This document shows positions 25,498-35,200 of a DNA stretch of 64,000 bases, piece by piece. Source of the DNA: a virus; the IMG/VR virus record IMGVR_UViG_3300032236_000601, positions 3,786 to 67,785 of that record. One strand, written 5' to 3'. A program made the position numbers and the translations under genes. Each line of letters begins with the position of its first letter. Position 1 is the first letter of the stretch. The notes below the pieces were generated by a model, which searched no databases, had not been told where the DNA came from, and saw nothing but the letters and a program-made list of their open reading frames with translations.

Positions 25498-25899
25498 TTA
25501 GATTTCGGTTACGGTCATAATTGGACCATCAGTTTCTCCGAAATTCCAGTTACCGCCACTAATGGCAACAACCTTTGCGGAGTATGTGTATGTTCCTGCT
25601 CCAACACTGTCAATAAAATGCAGTGTGTAAGGAACATTTTCAGAAGCAGCAGAAGATTCTGCCCAAATAACATTTCCAATTTGTGTGCTATCACGGAATA
25701 GTTTTATACGAACCCATGATGCCGCTGATTGATTTTCTGCATCTCCAGTTACAAATATTTCAACTGGGTTACCCTTTGTTGTAATTGTTGCAGAAATAAA
25801 AGTTGCTGGAAGACTTGCAGATGAAGCAACAGAAACCTTTGTGCCTACAGTTTGAACAAAGTTTCTCTGTCTTGATACTGGATTATAAAATCTAGCCAT
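25498..25899 (-). CDS. Beta-sandwich protein, virion-accessory-like
   Basis: ATITTKGNPVEI...RIKLFRDSTQI...DSVGAGTYTY, similar to fibre-tip domains. Confidence 0.65.
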   Translation of the reverse strand: MARFYNPVSRQRNFVQTVGTKVSVASSASLPATFISATITTKGNPVEIFVTGDAENQSAASWVRIKLFRDSTQIGNVIWAESSAASENVPYTLHFIDSVGAGTYTYSAKVVAISGGNWNFGETDGPIMTVTEI

Positions 25900-26186
25900 T
25901 AAACATCTTCACTTTCCAGGCCTAGTTGAATAACTGCTGCTTGAGAAGATGATGCAGATGATACTGCATAGATAACCTCACCAAAGCGTAGTTCTACTGA
26001 CCATGCTGCGCCTGGAAGAATTCTGTATCCATAATTTGACGTAGATACACCATCTCCACCAATATAGATAGTGGCGGTATCAGAAATATTCTGGATAGTA
26101 ATGTCTCTTCCTGAGTGATCTCCTGTTACAGAAACTGCTGTTTGAGTTGAATTATTTAAAGTTACTAGGTTATGTGTGACTGCCAT
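25899..26186 (-). CDS. Small beta-rich protein, virion-accessory-like
   Basis: DITIQN....IYIGG.GVSTSNYGYRI.PG; leaderless promoter. Confidence 0.7.
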   Translation of the reverse strand: MAVTHNLVTLNNSTQTAVSVTGDHSGRDITIQNISDTATIYIGGDGVSTSNYGYRILPGAAWSVELRFGEVIYAVSSASSSQAAVIQLGLESEDV

Positions 26187-26203
26187 GATTTTATTATACC
26201 ACC

Positions 26204-27418
26204 TTACTCAAAGTCCTTGTAGATAAATCTACCAGAATCAAAATCTACTTGCACAACAAACTCTCCTAAAAATCCATTTCTATTCTTTCTAAATACTGCT
26301 TCAAGAACATCACTATTTGCAGCACGACCAAGAGCGAGTAGCCAGTCAGCATCGTATGCAATCTGTCGTGACCAAGAGGTCTGACCAAGCGTGGGAACAC
26401 TATTCATATCTGTAACATCATCAGGTGTCGCAGACGAAATTGCAACAATGGGAATCTGTTCAGAGATGGCGAGTAACTTTAGTTCACGACTAAGATTCTT
26501 CATCTTAACTACCTCGTTATCTGTACGCTGATTACTAGTCATAAGATTAAGGTAGTCTACGAATACGATATCGGGCTTATATTGGTCGATCTTGCCCCTC
26601 AGAACGCTAGGTGAGACCTCTCCAATTCCGTCATTAGAAATAATGTGAATGCTTGGCTTACCATCAAATGTTTTGTGCATCCACTTTTTCATCATATCTG
26701 TCTCTACATCTCCACGAGATAACTTACGATGACTCCACATACCCTGCCCAATAATAGTAAATACACGATTGCGTACCTCTGTCTCTGTCATTTCTAGAGA
26801 TACGATTAGTGGTGATTTGCCATTCTTCCATGCCTGTACAGCAAGATAAAGAGCCATCCAAGACTTACCAATAGCAGGATACGCAAGAAGTACGCCTAAC
26901 TGACCTGGAGTAATTCCTGCTGGGAGATAGTTATCAAAGCCAGCCAATCCAGTATAGATACCATGAGTTCCACTTTCCTGCAATCTCTTTACATTTTCAA
27001 AGTATGCAATTGCATCATCAACATTTGATACATCTAGATCTCTTGCTGTAGAAGTAATATGCTTTAGCCTTGCTGTCTCAGACATAAGGGTTTCGAGTGC
27101 AGTAATTGAATCACCATCTTGCACCTGACTTGCAGCAGAACGCAACATAATCTTTACATTATCATTTAGAAAATCTGTTCTTAATTCATCAAGATGATGC
27201 TTTGTCGCTCCAGTATCTTTTATGTAATCAAAGTCTGGAAACTTCTGCTCAACGATATCAATTGGGGGAACAGTCTGATTCTGCTCATAATAATTACGAA
27301 TAAAATCCCATATATCTGAATGTGTCCTCAACATCTGTCCAGCATTGGCCTGCAACAGAATGTGAACCTGCTTATCATTTAATACTGCTGAAAGAGTCTT
27401 TGCTTCTAGGTTAGCCAT
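26204..27418 (-). CDS. dnaB: DnaB-like replicative helicase
   Basis: AYPAIGKS, SLEM, VFVDYL, IAYDAD, KNRNG. Confidence 0.93.
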   Translation of the reverse strand: MANLEAKTLSAVLNDKQVHILLQANAGQMLRTHSDIWDFIRNYYEQNQTVPPIDIVEQKFPDFDYIKDTGATKHHLDELRTDFLNDNVKIMLRSAASQVQDGDSITALETLMSETARLKHITSTARDLDVSNVDDAIAYFENVKRLQESGTHGIYTGLAGFDNYLPAGITPGQLGVLLAYPAIGKSWMALYLAVQAWKNGKSPLIVSLEMTETEVRNRVFTIIGQGMWSHRKLSRGDVETDMMKKWMHKTFDGKPSIHIISNDGIGEVSPSVLRGKIDQYKPDIVFVDYLNLMTSNQRTDNEVVKMKNLSRELKLLAISEQIPIVAISSATPDDVTDMNSVPTLGQTSWSRQIAYDADWLLALGRAANSDVLEAVFRKNRNGFLGEFVVQVDFDSGRFIYKDFE

Positions 27419-27719
27419 TCATCCATTCCTTTGCTTTTTCACGCATCTCTGCTCTAAATTCTTTATCTTGCCTATCTGCCTGCTCAGCAGAAATAATCTT
27501 TTCTACATTGTTTGAATACCAAGACCATGTTGGTCTTGAGTTTACCATAAAATAGTATCGCATAGCATTGCTTAATTCATCAAACGTAAATGACTCAAGT
27601 AACGCATCTGCTGCCCACTGTTCTTTATTTTTATTAAGAGTAGGCTTAATGATTCCGTTTATCTTACAATGCTTTTCAAATAGACTAATCAATGCAAATC
27701 TATCTTTGCGATCTACCAT
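27411..27719 (-). CDS. Hypothetical protein upstream of helicase
   Basis: Overlaps dnaB start; AGGA SD. Confidence 0.75.
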   Translation of the reverse strand: MVDRKDRFALISLFEKHCKINGIIKPTLNKNKEQWAADALLESFTFDELSNAMRYYFMVNSRPTWSWYSNNVEKIISAEQADRQDKEFRAEMREKAKEWMNG

Positions 27720-27727
27720 TCTAATCC

Positions 27728-27913
27728 TTAAACATAAATATTAATGTAGAACAAATTTTCATCTTCGATATATCCAACATGGCTGGCACTCCACCAGTCA
27801 ATGTTTAAACGCTTAAGCATCTTATACATATTCTTCAATGCTTCTGCTGGATTATTTCCATATGCAACAAAAACCCTTGGGTTATCATTTGTTGCCTCAT
27901 ATGCAATCTTCAT
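27728..27913 (-). CDS. Hypothetical protein
   Basis: ATGA coupling. Confidence 0.65.
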   Translation of the reverse strand: MKIAYEATNDNPRVFVAYGNNPAEALKNMYKMLKRLNIDWWSASHVGYIEDENLFYINIYV

Positions 27914-28128
27914 GTAAGTTCATCCTTTGCTTCTTGTAGTTTCATACTTAACTCATTTTCCACCAGAGCATAAACACGATCTGATGCCTGTCGTGTGGTT
28001 TCTCCCTCACGAACATGATCACTAATTTGGCAATCTAAACGTAGCGACTGGAAATTACCTATATTCAATGTATAACCCAGTGACCACTGGATTTTTGTTG
28101 GCTCCATCGGAGTCCTTTCTCTAGTCAT
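27910..28128 (-). CDS. Hypothetical protein
   Basis: LGYTLNIGNFQSLRLD motif. Confidence 0.8.
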   Translation of the reverse strand: MTRERTPMEPTKIQWSLGYTLNIGNFQSLRLDCQISDHVREGETTRQASDRVYALVENELSMKLQEAKDELT

Positions 28129-28134
28129 GGCAAT

Positions 28135-28164
28135 AGCATAATGTATGTGCTATGTTTTTGTCAA
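28135..28164 (-). promoter_or_regulatory. Sigma70-type promoter of the helicase operon
   Basis: TTGACA-18 nt-TATGCT, 6 nt before ATG 28128. Confidence 0.7.
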
Positions 28165-28167
28165 GAC

Positions 28168-28710
28168 CTACATGGTTTCCCCAAATACTGGGATGAACCT
28201 TCCATCATCACCCTTGACATAATATATCATGCCGTCACCCATAGCATATCTTAATTCTTGTTCTGTGGGTGTTTTATTGTTGGTTACAAGACCATCTTTT
28301 CTTGCTCTTCCCATATGGGTTTGAGCCATTAAATTTCTTGCTTCCCATATATGATCTTCTGAATAATAACTTAAATGATGAAATGCGGTTACTCCACCTG
28401 GTAGTTCGCCTACTGGTGGAGGAAGAAAACCATTCCTAACTAATCTTGGAATACTTTTTCTGTGATAATTAAGTAATTTTGCTGCTTCTGATACGGTATA
28501 AGCACGTCTGCGCTTCCTTTTGAATTCTACCACGCTTGTAGTCATATTGCAATCTTTAGTGCAATTAAATAAAACAACAGTTCCAGATGCACGGCTCATG
28601 TGAACAATTCTTACTAGATCTCCATCAAGAAACCAAGTTCTTCTTCTTGGTCTTTTTATGACTGGCAGATCCAGGCTTTCATTCTCATTCTTTCCATTTG
28701 CCACAGCCAT
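28168..28710 (-). CDS. MerR/excisionase-like HTH DNA-binding protein
   Basis: YTVSEAAKLLNYHRKSIPRLVRNGFLP...YYSEDHI. Confidence 0.78.
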   Translation of the reverse strand: MAVANGKNENESLDLPVIKRPRRRTWFLDGDLVRIVHMSRASGTVVLFNCTKDCNMTTSVVEFKRKRRRAYTVSEAAKLLNYHRKSIPRLVRNGFLPPPVGELPGGVTAFHHLSYYSEDHIWEARNLMAQTHMGRARKDGLVTNNKTPTEQELRYAMGDGMIYYVKGDDGRFIPVFGETM

Positions 28711-28850
28711 GCTGATTCTCCATCGGTCTTGCTAAAATCATGATAAAACTTTCTATATCCACAACGAATACAAAATGTTTCCATATGATTATATTCTGAA
28801 AATGCACGGTCGATAAACATTCTACCTTTGCACTTTGGGCATTTTATCAT
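28656..28850 (-). CDS. Zn-ribbon protein
   Basis: CPKCKGRMFIDR...FCIRCG. Confidence 0.75.
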   Translation of the reverse strand: MIKCPKCKGRMFIDRAFSEYNHMETFCIRCGYRKFYHDFSKTDGESAWLWQMERMRMKAWICQS

Positions 28851-28865
28851 AATTCGCAAATTATA

Positions 28866-29312
28866 TCATGCGGGGATACCAACGGCTATTAAATTAACAG
28901 TTATTGTAGTTAATCCGCCCGTATTAAATTGAATAACACCATCTACTCTAGATGTAGTAATTGAATTAATAATTGGTACTGCATCATTTCCAATTACAGA
29001 AGTTCCTCTATTTACTATTGTTGCGGTAACAATAGGAGGATATTTAAAGCCTGAATAGTCAAAGTGGAATGGTTCTGGGGATGCCACCGTTACATTTTTA
29101 TTAATAGTAACATCTACATATGATGCAACAATTTTTGATGCCCTAGTTTGAACCTGCTGAACTCCATTATCCCTTGTAGTCACTGTAGTGTAATTATATG
29201 TTGCTGAAGATAACTCATTTTCAATTTCATTAACTGTATTGGCAACTGTATAAAGCCAGGTAACATCTATGGGTTGCCCACGGTCTGGAAGAGGAATTTT
29301 GCTTATGCTCAT
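28866..29312 (-). CDS. Putative minor tail/virion protein
   Basis: End of tail cluster; FKYPPIVTAT...VNLIAVG resembles H-type-lectin-like tips. Confidence 0.6.
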   Translation of the reverse strand: MSISKIPLPDRGQPIDVTWLYTVANTVNEIENELSSATYNYTTVTTRDNGVQQVQTRASKIVASYVDVTINKNVTVASPEPFHFDYSGFKYPPIVTATIVNRGTSVIGNDAVPIINSITTSRVDGVIQFNTGGLTTITVNLIAVGIPA

Positions 29313-29327
29313 AACGAAATTATACCA

Positions 29328-30125
29328 TTACAGAGCCAATGTTGCAATATACATTCTAAACGGATACCCAGATATTGTGCATGATCCAGTTAGAGTTCCA
29401 TTTAAATCTATTATGTTTGTACCAGCAAATGCATCTTGATCTGTGGGATGCAGGCTTATTGAATTATAATTTATTGCTCTTACGTAATATGTTCCATTAG
29501 AAAGACCACCGATTGGATTAGATGAATTATAAACAATTGGAACCCCTGTACTATAGTTGCTACCGCTTTGAAAAAATATGGAATTATCTGTTAAGTTTAT
29601 GTTTGATGAATTTTGTAATATAGTATCTTGACGATAATATCTTGATATTGGATATCCTGGTCTGTATATTTCTATATTAATTCCTGTTGGAGTAACAAGT
29701 GCATTTGTAATTGGATCTGGGTATTGCGATGGAATAACAATGTTTGTTGATGTTGCAGTAATTCTTTGTAGATAGTACCAGTTTGCTGGATTACCGCTTG
29801 AAGTCCACTGTATCCAAACATCATATTCTGGGGATTCTTGTATATGATTAAGAGTTCCGTCATTATCTTTGTAAATTGAAACAGAATCCCAGGAGACTGA
29901 AACATATGCTGGGCTTGCTGTTGTATTTTTTTGTGCTGAAATTTGTGCCTTAGTAAGTCCTGATCCACGAACAAAAACAATTGTAGGGTCTATAGAATAG
30001 ATTGGACTCCATTCAGAAATTCTATTAAAGTCATCTGAAAGAATTCTAAATCTTATTTGTGCATGTGGATTACTAACACTAGTATTAATAAAATTACTTG
30101 CTGGAACAATAACTTTCTTTGACAT
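29328..30125 (-). CDS. Minor tail protein
   Basis: IRFRILSDDFNRISEWSPIY; beta-rich; coupled to upstream tail gene. Confidence 0.7.
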   Translation of the reverse strand: MSKKVIVPASNFINTSVSNPHAQIRFRILSDDFNRISEWSPIYSIDPTIVFVRGSGLTKAQISAQKNTTASPAYVSVSWDSVSIYKDNDGTLNHIQESPEYDVWIQWTSSGNPANWYYLQRITATSTNIVIPSQYPDPITNALVTPTGINIEIYRPGYPISRYYRQDTILQNSSNINLTDNSIFFQSGSNYSTGVPIVYNSSNPIGGLSNGTYYVRAINYNSISLHPTDQDAFAGTNIIDLNGTLTGSCTISGYPFRMYIATLAL

Positions 30126-31615
30126 TAAGAAACTCCGACAGAAAATCTAAAATCAATATAATTATTAGTATTCGCTAATTTTGAAATAGTTGTTGCGCCT
30201 GAAGTTTGAACGATAGAGTATCCAGACATTTTATATATTGGATTTTCTAAAGTATTATCAATTCTAAATCCATCAAATGCTACAAAGAAATTTGATGTTG
30301 CTAATGGTGCAGATCCCATTGCAGCACTATCAACCATTACCCAAATTTTACATACACGAATATCTGGTGCGCTAAAGTCTGATGATGTATAAAATTGAAT
30401 ATATGGGAGCGTAGAATCTTTCATATTGCCTGATAAATAGTTAGAATGATCTATATTTTGAGAAATTTGCCATGAAGATACAAAGTATCTATTCGTAGAA
30501 GAAAGAGTCTGCGAAGGAATATATATTTGTGCCTTTGCATATGAATTACTAGTTTGAGATTCATTTTTATAAAATTCCATCAAGATCTTTATATTATTAA
30601 ATGAACTTGATCCTTGCTCAACTATATCTAAAGCAGATAATGCCAGTTTTAATAAATCTGTTGGATTATTGCCAGATATGTCAAAATTAATATTATTAAG
30701 ATGAATATGTGTTCCTTGAGCAAGCCAGGTTCCGACAACATTTGAAAGTGTCCAAGGTGTGCCCACTGTCCCTGATCCATTTGATGGTATTCCTGATGAT
30801 GGATATATTACTGACATATCTCCACGAACAAGAAGGGTAGTATCTAGATTTCTTGGCCCCTCTTTTCTTGATAATCTTTGTGGAAACTTAAATACCGTAT
30901 CTGTGGTTGGAACAAACATTGTTGTTTGTGGATTTGTTGATATGTCAATATCACCCGATCCATCAGTTTTAGCAATAGTATTTGTTTTTAATACTGGGCT
31001 GGCTATGGTATTCCCAGTATGGTACTGCCAATCTTGAGAAAAGTTAAAAATCATCTTGCTATCATATTGACCCGCTAAAACATTGTTTGCTGCTGACCAA
31101 ATGCCAACTTCAGTTATTTCATATTTATTTGATGAAGGAAGTTCTGCTGTAAAAGAAATTTTAGTCCTAGAAACAACTACAGAAGCGTTTGTAGATAAAG
31201 CGTTAGAGGCAACATCTAATGCAATTAAAGAATAACTAATTGTATATGTTGTAATAGATGTAACGGTATACGAACCATTAAATATTGAGTTTCCATTTCC
31301 AGAAACCCCAGAAACAATGATAGATTCTCCGATGAGTATATTATGTGCCGTCGCTGTAGTTATGGTTGCCACATTGGAAGACAGGGCTACATTTGTAACA
31401 ACAAATAATTGTGAATCATCAATAAATCCTTTGGATGAAATTGGAACCCTGGTCATTTCAAAATCCATCATTTGTTTACCGATGGCATTTGCAGGTACTG
31501 AGTCTGTAATATTTAAAGGAACTGCTCCACAACCAATGGATAAATGCGTGGCAAAATTAGAAACTTGACCAAGTATATATTTTGAAATTATCTGTTTGCC
31601 GTCATTAGTTATCAT
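30125..31615 (-). CDS. Minor tail/baseplate protein
   Basis: MITNDGKQII...IGCGA...FTAELP...ITEVGIWS, a gpH-N-like baseplate motif. Confidence 0.75.
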   Translation of the reverse strand: MITNDGKQIISKYILGQVSNFATHLSIGCGAVPLNITDSVPANAIGKQMMDFEMTRVPISSKGFIDDSQLFVVTNVALSSNVATITTATAHNILIGESIIVSGVSGNGNSIFNGSYTVTSITTYTISYSLIALDVASNALSTNASVVVSRTKISFTAELPSSNKYEITEVGIWSAANNVLAGQYDSKMIFNFSQDWQYHTGNTIASPVLKTNTIAKTDGSGDIDISTNPQTTMFVPTTDTVFKFPQRLSRKEGPRNLDTTLLVRGDMSVIYPSSGIPSNGSGTVGTPWTLSNVVGTWLAQGTHIHLNNINFDISGNNPTDLLKLALSALDIVEQGSSSFNNIKILMEFYKNESQTSNSYAKAQIYIPSQTLSSTNRYFVSSWQISQNIDHSNYLSGNMKDSTLPYIQFYTSSDFSAPDIRVCKIWVMVDSAAMGSAPLATSNFFVAFDGFRIDNTLENPIYKMSGYSIVQTSGATTISKLANTNNYIDFRFSVGVS

Positions 31616-31629
31616 TGATTATCACCATG

Positions 31630-32268
31630 TTATCCATCAGATCCTATTAAGTTAATTGTACCATTGGTAAGTATTTCAACCTGTATCTGTTCATCATTAT
31701 TAACAGATTCTACTTCTACTACAAGGTTCCCGCCTGTGTCAAAATATACAGATATTGGTGCTCTTGAGGATAAGTCTATTGAAAATCTAGAAAAATAATC
31801 TATTCCATTATTTGTTGCCACAATATTATTTGGATTAAAAATTCTATTAATTGTTTCTAAATTTGCAATTGGACTATAGGACACTTGCTGTCCATCAATT
31901 AAGTCTGCTCTTGAAATATTAGAGAGTTCTACGCCTCCAATATCTTCAAAAAGTAATTGTTCTATTTGAGCAATCTCAACATTACTATTATCAAAAACAA
32001 TAGTATCAAGGGGTGCCAACTTTACATTTTCACCAACATTGGTCATTGGCACAAACGTTGGAAGATTTGGTGTGGGAGATGGTGCAGCAGGTTGGGGTGA
32101 TGGAGAAGATGATTGTGTTGCTGGAAGTGCAGCAAGTGGATTGCCTTTATCTAAAACCACATTAGATGAATCTGGGATAGATCCTGGAGTTCCATCTGGA
32201 ACAGGAACATCATGTGCTGGAATAAAAAATCCCATAGGGGATGAATCTGGAACATGAATATGAGCCAC
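31630..32268 (-). CDS. Minor tail protein with Pro/Ser-rich N-terminus
   Basis: GTG start coupled to upstream gene; LLFEDIGGVEL. Confidence 0.7.
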   Translation of the reverse strand: MAHIHVPDSSPMGFFIPAHDVPVPDGTPGSIPDSSNVVLDKGNPLAALPATQSSSPSPQPAAPSPTPNLPTFVPMTNVGENVKLAPLDTIVFDNSNVEIAQIEQLLFEDIGGVELSNISRADLIDGQQVSYSPIANLETINRIFNPNNIVATNNGIDYFSRFSIDLSSRAPISVYFDTGGNLVVEVESVNNDEQIQVEILTNGTINLIGSDG

Positions 32269-32269
32269 G

Positions 32270-35200
32270 TTATACCTCCGCTAAGTGAACGGTGGTTGTT
32301 ACTGCACCGTTACCCTTTTGATATTCAATATTATAAACAACAAACCTCGTATTTTCTGGGGCAACATATGGAATTCCATTAAAGTCTGAGTGAGAGATTT
32401 GCACAATGTCCCCTAATTGCAAATGTGGAGTAGCAAAAGTTACAACCCCTACAGTTCTTTTTGGATAAATTACTCTTTTAATTGTCCAATCCATCATTGA
32501 TTCTGCTGCTGCTGTCGTTTGCACATATTGTGCATTAATAGAAAAATCATTTTGTCCATATTTACTTCTGCTGTTTAATATATCTGTATATAATTTTTGA
32601 TATTGACCAGCATTATTTGATCCTGAATAAATAGAATCTGTAAAGTTGCTATTCTTTTTAAAATAGTCATCCACTGTAAGAGAATGTGTTGTATTTTGAG
32701 TAAAAGAAATTCCAAGAATTCTTAAATAGTTTCCAGATGTATCGTCTAAGTTTATGTTTTTATCTACGTTATTAAAGATTAAGAATTCTGCTCCATATGA
32801 GCCTGCATAAAATCCTGATACAGTATACCCCTGAGTTCTGTTAAATGTTGGAGCAAGAACCGCATAAAGTGCAGGGAAAGCCCTGTCATACTTTATGTTG
32901 AAGTATGCCGCCTCTCTCATAATCGTACCAAATTCTTCATAATACAAGTCATATTTTGGATCATTTTGAGCACTTATTCCAGAAAGGTAGGTGCTCTGAA
33001 CCATTCCACTAAGTGAATATCTTTGTAAACCGTTACTTTCTGTTAAAGAGTCAGTATTAAATATCTGAGAAACTGGGGCTTGTAATAATTTTGCAGTACT
33101 TTCAGAAAAATTATCAGAAAGGGCGTATACATTTTCAAACATTATCCTTGAGTTTCCACGAACAAAAAGAGCCATATTGTTATAAATTGGAAGTGGGCTA
33201 TCGTCTGTTGCAACTGCAACTTGTTGACCGTTAATATACAGGTAGAATGTTCTTGTTGTTGTGTTATCAACATATTCTGCTGAAAGATCATATACTGTAG
33301 AAACTTCACTTGTGGTAAGCCTTGCTTGAGAGGTAAACTTTCCATCATCTATCAAAATTCCTGCAAACCCTCTCCATAAAATCTTTGGAATTGCAATTGT
33401 ATTTATACCTTGTATAGATCCTAACGGAGACAAAGTATTTAATGATATTGCTGTATCGGTAGTATTTGTTTGATATTGTATTGATCTTGAGTCTGGTATG
33501 TTTGTAATTGTATATGTTTCTGGGCTTGAGCCAAATCCTATATTTGAAACAATAATCTGCTCACCCTGAACAAAAGAATGATCTCTTAATGTATATAAGG
33601 TTACAATTGCTGGACTATTAGTTGATCCAGCACTTCTTTCTACTTGAATAATATCTGCTGCATTATATCCAGAAACTATTTTATAGAAGAATACATCAGA
33701 TATTAAACTATCTGATGTTAAAGACTTAGATACATCTCCCCCAGAAGAAGATGTTGTAGTAAGCGGATTATATGTTGCAGTTCCCGTCGTTATTGTTGGA
33801 GTACCTGGGTCTGCCGATACTGTAACAATAAATTGACTTGTTGTTGCAGAAGTAACAATACCCTTTACAACGTTATATGCTGTTGGGGCTAATCCAGTTA
33901 TGGTTACTTGTTGACCTGTAGAAAAGTTATTATTTGCAGTATATGTAATAAGCCAATTGCTTCCAGATGCTGTTCTAGTTACCGCAGTTATTGAGGCACT
34001 TGTTATAGTTGGTGGAGTAATTTGATATTGAAATTGCTTCCTATCCGATGATATTTGAGTTATTATAAATTCACCATTTAGTGTTGTATATCCATTTGTT
34101 TTGTTATTATCATCAATAAGACCCGCTACCGCTACAGAATCTCCTATATTAAACTCATGTGGAGTAGTTAATGTTACGGTAACAAGATCATTTGTTGCGG
34201 TTGTTAATGTGCTTGAGGATACTGAATAATTAATTACATTAGAATTATTTTTATAAGAAGATATTGATGTTTGCGATAAAGCAGCAATTTCAAAATAATA
34301 TCCAACATTTGTATCTTTATTTAAAGAAAATGCTATGCCACCACTTCCACCAGTAATTGAAACTTGCTGTGCTGGGTCAGTTGACATAACAGAACTTGGT
34401 GAATAAATATTAAAGGCACCGACTGGTGTTTGACTAACATTTGATCCTTGCTCAACTCTTCCAATTACTCTAACCCTAGTTCCAAAATGTGAGTATGGCT
34501 TTTGTAATGGCTTATATGCATATGAAACAAAATTTACTGGATTGATTGCATCTGGAACTGTTGGACCATTGAAAACTAATGCTGAAGACTGTACTGTTCC
34601 AGAAAGTGCTGACTTATAATAATTTGCAGAACTCTCAGTTATATTTGTATTAGCCATAAAGTTTTTTATAACACTATTTCTTGTAGCCTTCTTTGCAATG
34701 TCTGATGCCAGGTATGTTTGATTATTTATAACTTTTTGAAATCCTGCATTAACGACTCCCGTATTACTTGGATAGTTAATAGTTTGATTAGTATTAAATA
34801 AATAATCTTGTGCATCCTGAATAGATCCATGTATGTAATTATCATCTACCCAGGTTGATGTTGAAGGAATTCCTGCTGTATGTTCAACAATTGGTGTTCC
34901 AAATTGACCACGACCGTGTGTAATAACAATGCCATCTTGTATATTTGTATATATCCTTACGTTTCCAGTTGGATACATCTTTCCATTAAAAGATAGTTTT
35001 GCAAAATAATCTTGATATTGTTGATTATTCTCAATCCAAACATTTCCTACCCCCGCTACAGAATATTCAACGGCATCGTATCTAATAATTTCACCATTTG
35101 CATAAAAATATCCAGCATAGTTTCCTAAATAATAAACACTTTCTCCAAAATCTAAAGTCGCATTGCTTATCGGTTGAGATGTTAACGTTCCTCCAGTTAC

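Noticed and set aside
12602-27418. Inteins or introns in terL, recA, dnaE and dnaB
   Set aside because: Lengths are ordinary, motifs are contiguous, and no C...HN splice junctions or LAGLIDADG blocks were seen
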